DNA from: Coleofasciculus chthonoplastes F2-STO-03
GTDB lineage: Bacteria > Cyanobacteriota > Cyanobacteriia > Cyanobacteriales > Coleofasciculaceae
Reading direction: 5' to 3'
NCBI GenBank assembly: GCA_040222015.1
Contig: JAVJWO010000001.1
Coordinates: 1 to 21,459 of the forward strand
Length of the DNA: 21,459 nucleotides
Shown here: one piece after another, positions 8,511-15,387 of the stretch
Layout: every line of letters starts with the position of its first letter
How positions within the stretch are numbered: the first letter of the stretch is position 1
Notes under the pieces: model-generated
Database searches by the model: none
What the model saw: only the letters and a program-made list of their open reading frames with translations
What the model was told of the DNA's origin: nothing
Program-made: the position numbers and the translations under genes

Positions 8511-8551
8511 TTTGTCATTTGTCATTGGTTAGGGAAGAGGGAACAGGGAAT
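8511..8551. repeat. STRR-type heptamer repeats (TTTGTCA)x2 and (AGGGAAN)x3
   Basis: tttgtca tttgtca ttggtt agggaag agggaac agggaat, read directly. Confidence 0.7.
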
Positions 8552-8573
8552 AGAAAATCAACACTATGAAGCT

Positions 8574-8762
8574 ATGACTAAAGAAACCGTTGATTTTGGT
8601 GAATATGTCGATCGCATGGCAGAATTGATTGACTTGCCGATTGACCCAGAATACCGTCCTGGTGTCGTTGATAACATTACTCGAATTGCCGCGATCGCAC
8701 AATTGGTGAATGAGTTTCCCTTACCGGATACTATAGAAGCCGCACCAGTCTTTGAACCATGA
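8574..8762 (+). CDS. DUF4089 / AtzG-like small amidase subunit
   Basis: 62 aa with YV..MA.LIDL.I.PEYRPGV..N and C-terminal EAAPVFEP; ATGA overlap with the downstream amidase. Confidence 0.88.
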   Translation: MTKETVDFGEYVDRMAELIDLPIDPEYRPGVVDNITRIAAIAQLVNEFPLPDTIEAAPVFEP

Positions 8763-10132
8763 CCTTTAATTGGAGACAAGCCGACGCTGTAAGCATTGCT
8801 ACGGCGGTTTATCAGGGTGAAATAACCGCCCGTGCGATCGCGCGGGATTGTTTGGCGCAGATTCATGCCCGTAATCCTGGCTTAAATTGTTTTACCGCCG
8901 TTACCGCTGACACGGCAATAGCTGAGGCGGAACGGGTGGATCAGGCGATTAGCCGAGGGGAATTTCCGGGTGTGTTGGCGGGGGTTCCGTTTGCGGTGAA
9001 GAATTTATTTGATATTGCGGGATTAACCACCCTAGCCGGATCAAAGATTAATGCCGAAAATCCCCCAGCGAACCACGATGCTACTGCTGTTACCCGACTG
9101 AAGCAAGCCGGGGCGGTGCTGGTGGGGGCGTTGAATATGGATGAATATGCCTATGGGTTTGTGACGGTTAATAGCCATTATGGGGCAACACCGAACCCTC
9201 ATGATCCGACTCGCGTTTCTGGTGGATCATCGGGGGGTTCCGCCGCTTCAGTCGCCGCCGGATTAGTCCCCCTTACCTTGGGTTCCGATACTAATGGTTC
9301 AATCCGGGTTCCGGCTTCATTGTGCGGGGTTTTTGGGTTAAAACCCACTTACGGGCGTTTATCCAGGGCGGGGGCGATTTTATTTTCCAGTAGTCTAGAC
9401 CATATTGGTCCTTTTGCCCGGTCAATCCGGGATATTGCTACCGCGTTTGATATTCTTCAGGGACATGATCAACGTGATCCCGTCTGTACGCAACGCCCCC
9501 CAGAACCTTGTTTACCGCAACTGGAAGAAGGAATTGAGGGATTACGGATTGCGGTGGCGGGAGACTATTTTACTCAAGGCGCTACCCCAGACGCCTTAGA
9601 TGCTGTCGCTAAAGTCGCCCAGGCGCTGAATGTCACCGCTACAGTGAGCATACCGGAAGCGCATCGGGCAAGAGCGGCGGCTTATATTATTACAGCGACA
9701 GAAAGCGCTAACTTACATTTTGCCAACTTGCGATCGCGCCCCCAAGACTTTGACAGAGCCACGCGCGATCGGTTTTTAGCGGGGGCTTTAATTCCTGCCT
9801 CGTGGTACATCCAAGCGCAACGGTTTCGCCAATGGTATCGCCAAAGGGTGCAGGAACTTTTTCGGACAGTAGATATTATTGTCGCACCAACTACCCCTTG
9901 TGTCGCCCCCCGCCTCGATCAAGAAACAATGGTAATTGGGGGAGAAGAGATATTAGTGCGCCCGAATTTGGGACTGTTTACCCAACCTTTATCTTTTATT
10001 GGATTACCTGTTTTATCGGTTCCTGTCAAGTTGTCTAGTTCTCTACCCTTAGGTGTGCAAATTATTGCCGCTCCTGATCATGAAGCCATGATATTACGTG
10101 TCGCCGCTGTATTGGAGGGGAAGAAATTATAA
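8759..10132 (+). CDS. AtzE-family amidohydrolase (amidase signature, Ser-cisSer-Lys)
   Basis: GVPFAVKNLFD, NMDEYAYGF, GGSSGGS, GSDTNGSIRVPAS and GLKPTYGRLSR; ARAAAYIIT and FTQPLSFIGLP are typical of the AtzE clade. Confidence 0.92.
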   Translation: MTFNWRQADAVSIATAVYQGEITARAIARDCLAQIHARNPGLNCFTAVTADTAIAEAERVDQAISRGEFPGVLAGVPFAVKNLFDIAGLTTLAGSKINAENPPANHDATAVTRLKQAGAVLVGALNMDEYAYGFVTVNSHYGATPNPHDPTRVSGGSSGGSAASVAAGLVPLTLGSDTNGSIRVPASLCGVFGLKPTYGRLSRAGAILFSSSLDHIGPFARSIRDIATAFDILQGHDQRDPVCTQRPPEPCLPQLEEGIEGLRIAVAGDYFTQGATPDALDAVAKVAQALNVTATVSIPEAHRARAAAYIITATESANLHFANLRSRPQDFDRATRDRFLAGALIPASWYIQAQRFRQWYRQRVQELFRTVDIIVAPTTPCVAPRLDQETMVIGGEEILVRPNLGLFTQPLSFIGLPVLSVPVKLSSSLPLGVQIIAAPDHEAMILRVAAVLEGKKL

Positions 10133-10156
10133 TTGGCTACTGATATTCTCTCAAAC

Positions 10157-10720
10157 ATGACCAAAAAAGAATTACGGCGGCGACTGCTGAAACAGCGACA
10201 AGCCATGACAAAGGAAGACTGGCGAGAAAAGAGCGATCGCGTATTTACCCAGCTTCAGTCTTCATCCCTATTCACTCAGGCAAAAACGATCCTGGCTTAT
10301 TTTAGTTTTCGCCAAGAACCTGATCTCCATCCCCTGTTTACCGATACCCAACAATGTTGGGGATTCCCTCGGTGTGTCGGCAAATCTCTTCTCTGGCATA
10401 GCTGGAAGTGCGGAGAAGCCCTACAAACCGGGGCTTATGGTATTTTTGAACCCCATGCCAATTCCCCTACCTTAGAGCCTGATGACGTGGATTTAATCTT
10501 AGTGCCAGGGGTAGCGTGCGATCGCCGAGGCTATCGTTTAGGCTATGGGGGTGGATTTTATGATCGCCTGCTGAGTTCGGAGGAATGGATATCTAAGCCT
10601 ACCATAGGAATTATCTTTGATTTTGCGTTCTTGCCCCAACTCCCTATCGATGGATGGGATCAACCTTTAAATGGGGTTTGTACGGAAACAGGAATAACGA
10701 TTTTTGGTAGGGTGCGTTAG
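10157..10720 (+). CDS. ygfA: 5-formyltetrahydrofolate cyclo-ligase
   Basis: K.ELRR.L...R N-terminus, GAYGIFEP, DLILVPGVACDRRGYRLGYGGGFYDRLL; ATG 10157 preferred over TTG 10133. Confidence 0.95.
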   Translation: MTKKELRRRLLKQRQAMTKEDWREKSDRVFTQLQSSSLFTQAKTILAYFSFRQEPDLHPLFTDTQQCWGFPRCVGKSLLWHSWKCGEALQTGAYGIFEPHANSPTLEPDDVDLILVPGVACDRRGYRLGYGGGFYDRLLSSEEWISKPTIGIIFDFAFLPQLPIDGWDQPLNGVCTETGITIFGRVR

Positions 10721-10736
10721 CAAAGCGTAACGCACC
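10707..10736 (+). repeat. GTAG-type REP-like palindrome overlapping the ygfA stop codon
   Basis: GTAG followed by GGTGCGTTA-N8-TAACGCACC (perfect 9-bp arms). Confidence 0.8.
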
Positions 10737-10777
10737 GCCTTAAAGATTCATTGTCCTCCCCCTACAGCAAAAATACG

Positions 10778-11617
10778 ATGAGTAAAACGCCGGGAAAACA
10801 GATTTGGCAAAGGATTTGGACGTATATTCTCTTGAGTGCGATCGCGTTGGTGATGCTGTTTCCTCTCTTCTGGTTAATTAGCACCTCATTGAAGTCTTCC
10901 ACAGAGAATATTTTTGCGTTTCCACCTCAACTACTTCCGAGTCAACCGACGATTGAGAACTATAGTAAAGTTTGGCAAACAAATCCCTTTGGTCAATATA
11001 TTTGGAATAGCTGTATTGTTGCCATTCTCACTGTTACCTTCAATCTTCTCTTTTGTTCCCTCGCGGCTTATCCCTTAGCCAGACTCAATTTTCGCGGACG
11101 TGATATCATTTTTGCGATTGTCGTTTCCACGATTATGATTCCCTTCCAAATCGTGATGATTCCCCTCTACATTTTGATGGTGCAGCTTGGCTTACGAAAT
11201 AGTTATTTAGGCATCATTTTCCCCAATTTAGCCTCAGCCTTTGGCATTTTCCTATTACGCCAAGCCTTTCAAGGTGTTCCCAAAGAACTCGAAGAAGCGG
11301 CTAGGATGGATGGCTGTTCGGAGTTAGGATTGTGGTGGAATGTGATGATTCCCGCTGTTCGTCCGGCGTTAGTTACCTTGGCTATTTTCGTCTTTATTGG
11401 CTCATGGAGTGACTTTCTGTGGCCCCTAATCGTTCTGGATCGACCAGAATATTATACCTTACCTTTAGGTGTTGCTAGATTAGCTGGAACCTTTTCCCTC
11501 GATTGGCGTTTAATTGCCGCCGGTTCAGTTATTTCTATTGCCCCCGTTTTACTATTTTTTATTCTGATGCAGCGGTATATCGTACCTAATGATAGTGGCA
11601 GTGGTGTGAAAGGGTAG
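10778..11617 (+). CDS. Carbohydrate ABC transporter permease (MalG/LacG type)
   Basis: Multiple TM helices, LAAYPLAR, EAA motif ELEEAARMDGCS, WSDFLWPL, TLPLG; ATG 10778 preferred over TTG 10751. Confidence 0.95.
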   Translation: MSKTPGKQIWQRIWTYILLSAIALVMLFPLFWLISTSLKSSTENIFAFPPQLLPSQPTIENYSKVWQTNPFGQYIWNSCIVAILTVTFNLLFCSLAAYPLARLNFRGRDIIFAIVVSTIMIPFQIVMIPLYILMVQLGLRNSYLGIIFPNLASAFGIFLLRQAFQGVPKELEEAARMDGCSELGLWWNVMIPAVRPALVTLAIFVFIGSWSDFLWPLIVLDRPEYYTLPLGVARLAGTFSLDWRLIAAGSVISIAPVLLFFILMQRYIVPNDSGSGVKG

Positions 11618-11629
11618 ATTGTTTTGTCT

Positions 11630-11685
11630 GGGCGGGTTTTACAGATAACTTATGGCATACGCTGATAATCTAACTAAACCTGCCC
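11630..11685. repeat. Second, inverted copy of the GGGCGGGTTT-N36-AAACCYGCCC element
   Basis: Reverse complement aligns without gaps to 3523-3578 at 42/56 identities (manual count). Confidence 0.8.
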
Positions 11686-11790
11686 CTGTACGGGTAAGAG
11701 CTTAGGGGATAAAACAATGTTTTTATTGTCATTTTTTTTGCGAATTAATATATTATAAATTAACAGGCAATCAATCAGGCAATATAAGCC

Positions 11791-12228
11791 ATGACTTCAA
11801 TATCCTACGAAAATGACTTTTATGCTTGGACGCAAGAACAAGCAAACCTACTAAGAACTGGAAAAATCCATCAAATAGACTGGCAAAACATTGCTGAAGA
11901 AATAGAAGACATGGGACGTAGTGAAAAGCGACAACTCGAAAGCCGATTAGAACTATTGGTTATGCATTTACTCAAATGGCAATTTCAACCTAATCTGCGC
12001 TCTCGTAGTTGGCAATTAACCATTAAAGAGCAACGTCTTCGCTTAGAGAAGCTATTCCAAGAAAACCCCAGTCTCAAATCCAGTCTCGATAATGCCCTCG
12101 AAAAAACCTACCCCCTCGCTACTCTTAGCGCCGAAAAAGAAACTGGATTATCCTCATTTCCAGAAACTTGTCCTTATACCCTAGCTGAGATCTTATCCCC
12201 CGAATTTTTACCCGAACAGGGTTTGTAG
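11791..12228 (+). CDS. DUF29 family protein
   Basis: YE.DFY.W...Q...L, IDW.NI.EEIEDMGRSEK, L..HLLKWQFQP, SW..TI..QR, NPSLK, FP..CPY. Confidence 0.95.
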   Translation: MTSISYENDFYAWTQEQANLLRTGKIHQIDWQNIAEEIEDMGRSEKRQLESRLELLVMHLLKWQFQPNLRSRSWQLTIKEQRLRLEKLFQENPSLKSSLDNALEKTYPLATLSAEKETGLSSFPETCPYTLAEILSPEFLPEQGL

Positions 12229-12443
12229 TAGGCACGAAGCGTGCCATAAACTCTCGCATCGCTGCTACAAACGCTTAATTCACAGAACTTACGAACCTCT
12301 GACTACTTGGGGTTCAGCGACAGCCCTAGGTTTTGGCGGATTGCTGAAGCGACAGCATTCTAGAGGGCGCAAAAATTCCCAGCAAAAGGATTAACCAACA
12401 TCTGATTCGGATTCCTTTGGCTGTGGCGTTCAATCTTGGTTGG

Positions 12444-12471
12444 GTAGAGACGTTGCATGCAACGTCTCTAC
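12444..12471. repeat. Perfect 28-bp GTAG-type REP-like palindrome upstream of ndhB
   Basis: GTAGAGACGTTGCATGCAACGTCTCTAC is its own reverse complement. Confidence 0.92.
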
Positions 12472-12538
12472 AATCTGTGCCAATCACCGATATGATCAGA
12501 ACGTTACTCTCTGGATAGGACCCTAACCATAGACCATA

Positions 12539-14110
12539 ATGGATTTTGCTACTATTGTTGCCCAGCTTAACGCTGGACTGATTCTGCCAGAGGGAATCGT
12601 CGTGATTACCCTGTTACTGGTTTTAGGCATTGATCTGATTGCGGGTAAACGTTCTGCTAATACCCTGCCTTACGTCGCCATTGGTGGACTACTGGTTTCC
12701 ATAGTCGCCCTGTACTATCGCTGGGATGTTGCCCAACCCCTGGCTTTCTTTGGCGGGTTTAATGGGGATGCCATGAGTATCGCCTTTCGCGGTATCATCG
12801 CTTTATCGACGGCGGTAACCATTTTGCTGTCGATTCGCTATGTGCAGCAGTCGGGTACCTCGTTAGCTGAGTTTATCGGCATTTTACTCACCGCTACCTT
12901 GGGGGCGATGTGCCTCAGTGGTGCGAATGAACTGGTTACCATCTTTATTTCCCTAGAAACGCTGAGTATCTCGTCGTACTTGTTGACGGGATACATGAAG
13001 CGTGATCCCCGTTCCAATGAAGCGGCGCTGAAATACCTACTGATTGGGGCGTCGAGTTCGGCGGTGTTTCTGTATGGCGTGTCGTTGCTGTACGGCTTGT
13101 CTGGCGGCGAAACTACCTTAAATGGAATCGCCACCGGGATTGCTAGTTTAGAATCTACCCCATCCTTGGGTATTTTAATTGCTTTGGTGTTTGCGATCGC
13201 GGGAATTGCCTTTAAAATTTCGGCGGTTCCGTTTCACCAGTGGACCCCTGACGTATACGAAGGTTCTCCGACTCCGGTTGTCGCCTTCTTGTCTGTCGGT
13301 TCTAAAGCCGCAGGCTTCGCCCTCGCCATCCGCTTACTGGTAACCGCATTTCCCCTGGTTAGCGAACAATGGCACTTTGTCTTCACCGCCCTGGCTATCT
13401 TAAGTCTGGTATTAGGGAATGTGGTAGCCCTTACCCAAACCAGCATGAAACGCCTACTTGCCTATTCATCCATTGCCCAAGCTGGCTTTGTCATGATTGG
13501 CTTAATTGCGGGAACGGATGCAGGCTACGCCAGTATGATTTTCTATCTGCTGGTTTATTTGTTCATGAACCTGGGTGGTTTTGCTTGTGTAATTCTGTTT
13601 ACCCTGCGAACCGGCACGGATCAAATCAGCGAATATGCGGGATTATATCAGAAAGATCCCCTGCTGACATTTGGATTAAGTATTTGTTTACTGTCTTTAG
13701 GCGGAATTCCACCTTTAGCGGGATTCTTCGGTAAAATTTACCTGTTTTGGGCAGGTTGGCAAGCCGGATTGTATGGCTTAGTTTTGCTCGGTCTAATCGC
13801 CACTGTGGTTTCCATTTACTACTACATCCGCGTCCTCAAAATGATGGTGGTTAAAGAACCCCAAGAAATGTCCGACGCGGTGAAAAATTATCCGGAAATC
13901 CGCTGGAATTTACCCGGAATGCGTCCTTTACAAGTGGGTTTAGTCCTTTCTGTCGTCGTCACCTCTCTGGCGGGAATTTTGTCGAATCCCCTATTTACTT
14001 TTGCCAATAATTCAGTGACAAATACGTCCATGCTGCACTCTTCGGTGATCCAAGTTCAATCTCACACCCAACCGATTGCATCTATTGACGCCAATTTATC
14101 GCGAGATTAA
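12539..14110 (+). CDS. ndhB: NAD(P)H-quinone oxidoreductase (NDH-1) subunit 2
   Basis: Highly hydrophobic; [55 protein letters not shown] and [16 protein letters not shown]. Confidence 0.98.
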   Translation: MDFATIVAQLNAGLILPEGIVVITLLLVLGIDLIAGKRSANTLPYVAIGGLLVSIVALYYRWDVAQPLAFFGGFNGDAMSIAFRGIIALSTAVTILLSIRYVQQSGTSLAEFIGILLTATLGAMCLSGANELVTIFISLETLSISSYLLTGYMKRDPRSNEAALKYLLIGASSSAVFLYGVSLLYGLSGGETTLNGIATGIASLESTPSLGILIALVFAIAGIAFKISAVPFHQWTPDVYEGSPTPVVAFLSVGSKAAGFALAIRLLVTAFPLVSEQWHFVFTALAILSLVLGNVVALTQTSMKRLLAYSSIAQAGFVMIGLIAGTDAGYASMIFYLLVYLFMNLGGFACVILFTLRTGTDQISEYAGLYQKDPLLTFGLSICLLSLGGIPPLAGFFGKIYLFWAGWQAGLYGLVLLGLIATVVSIYYYIRVLKMMVVKEPQEMSDAVKNYPEIRWNLPGMRPLQVGLVLSVVVTSLAGILSNPLFTFANNSVTNTSMLHSSVIQVQSHTQPIASIDANLSRD

Positions 14111-14112
14111 TC

Positions 14113-14177
14113 AGATACCCGACTTCTTGAAGAAGTCGGGTATCTCTCCGGCATAAGTTCCGGCGGAACGTCTCTAC
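14113..14177. repeat. 33-bp palindrome plus a truncated GTAGAGACGTT-family REP, directly after ndhB; possible terminator or stabiliser
   Basis: AGATACCCGACTTCTT-G-AAGAAGTCGGGTATCT (14113-14145, 16-bp perfect arms); GTTCCGGCGGAACGTCTCTAC (14157-14177) shares the right arm AACGTCTCTAC with 12444-12471. Confidence 0.88.
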
Positions 14178-14256
14178 AACAGTTCGGAAAGTCCTAATCG
14201 ATGTGTCTACTGCTATATTCAGCAGACCCTAGATAAACTGATATGAGAAGAATACC

Positions 14257-14703
14257 ATGTCAAAAACGCGATATAAAACAGACTATTATCAATGGATTCA
14301 AGAAACGATCAACCAATTACGAGAACGTAATTTTAATCAGGTTGATTGGAATAATTTGATAGAAGAATTAGAAAGTATGGGTAAAAGTGAGAGACGAGCT
14401 GTATTAAGTCTTTTAACCCGTTTATTAGAACATCTACTTAAATTATCGTATTGGGAAGCCGAGAAAGAGTATTCGGCAAATCTTATGGCTGCTGAAATTG
14501 TCAATTTTCGCGCTCAAATTCAACAGCGTTTAGAAGACAGTCCCAGCTTAAAACCTGAACTAGAAGCGATGTATGCAAAAGCATATCCTGTGGCGATTAA
14601 GTCGGTTTCTAAGCTGTTTTCACTGCCAAAGGATACTCATATTTCCTTAGAACAAGCCCTGGATGAAGATTGGTTTGTTGTTGATGAATCTGGAGAATCT
14701 TGA
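14257..14703 (+). CDS. DUF29 family protein (second, divergent paralog)
   Basis: Y.TDYYQW, VDW.NLIEELESMGKSERR, LLEHLLKL.YW, DSPSLK. Confidence 0.92.
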   Translation: MSKTRYKTDYYQWIQETINQLRERNFNQVDWNNLIEELESMGKSERRAVLSLLTRLLEHLLKLSYWEAEKEYSANLMAAEIVNFRAQIQQRLEDSPSLKPELEAMYAKAYPVAIKSVSKLFSLPKDTHISLEQALDEDWFVVDESGES

Positions 14704-14748
14704 GTAATCTCATGGTGAGAATGTTCGTAATCATTACGTATTACACCC

Positions 14749-15375
14749 TCAAGTAGGGAATGGGGCATTCAAGATAGCAACGAGATGACTAAATATGTCA
14801 TTGAGATCAGCAGGTAACCGATAAAGGTTGAGGTCTTGTTGAACTTTTTTTTGCTCACGATTCAGTACCCCAAATTGCCAGACATCTCCGGTTGAGACAG
14901 CACCATAAAGCAATGGTTCGTTTGAAGTTGTCCATTGGTCAAGGGCGATGAGTTCAACAGCCAGTTGAGTAAAACCTCTGGCGAGGTCAGCATTTTTTGC
15001 TTCAATGACTAGAAGATGATACTGAGTATGGAGGTAGTAGTCGAGAGAGCCTTTGAGTTGATCGGAGACGTTAATCGAATACTCAATTCTGAGTTGAGCT
15101 TGGGTGTAGTCGATGAGCGCTAAAACAACGGGCGCAATCAGGATTTCTCGACGAGCGGCTTCACTGGTAAGGCTAACATAGGGTAAGCGGCGCTGAATGC
15201 TATTCTTAAGTTCAGTTAATTGGTCGAAGTTCGTATTAGACAGGGGTAAGTCAAGACTGATGCGTTGGAGAGAAAAGCCAAATTCAGCTAAGATATCATC
15301 TGGCTCATAGTTCATCTCGAAATAATTACGGAAAGTGTAGGACTTTCCGGGTTCAATGATAGGAGATTTAGACAT
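14749..15375 (-). CDS. Conserved cyanobacterial hypothetical protein with PD-(D/E)XK-like (HsdR N-terminal-like) nuclease signature
   Basis: SEAARRE.LI.P, IEY, GSLDYY, VIEAK, Q and YGAVSTG.VWQF motif order. Confidence 0.75.
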   Translation of the reverse strand: MSKSPIIEPGKSYTFRNYFEMNYEPDDILAEFGFSLQRISLDLPLSNTNFDQLTELKNSIQRRLPYVSLTSEAARREILIAPVVLALIDYTQAQLRIEYSINVSDQLKGSLDYYLHTQYHLLVIEAKNADLARGFTQLAVELIALDQWTTSNEPLLYGAVSTGDVWQFGVLNREQKKVQQDLNLYRLPADLNDIFSHLVAILNAPFPT

Positions 15376-15387
15376 AATGAACTTACC

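Noticed and set aside
8759..10132. gatA with gatC
   Set aside because: Motifs (AVKNLFD, DEYAYGF, DTNGSIR) and the DUF4089-type partner fit the AtzE clade rather than GatA (KDN, DEFAMGS, DTGGSIRQP).
12250..12430. Possible structured RNA upstream of ndhB
   Set aside because: Only weak imperfect stems (TTCAGC/GCTGAA, AAAGGA/TCCTTT) and no recognisable family.
14705..14745. Terminator between convergent DUF29 and nuclease-like genes
   Set aside because: Only short AT-rich inverted repeats (TCTCA/TGAGA, CGTAAT/ATTACG) without T-tracts; too weak to call.
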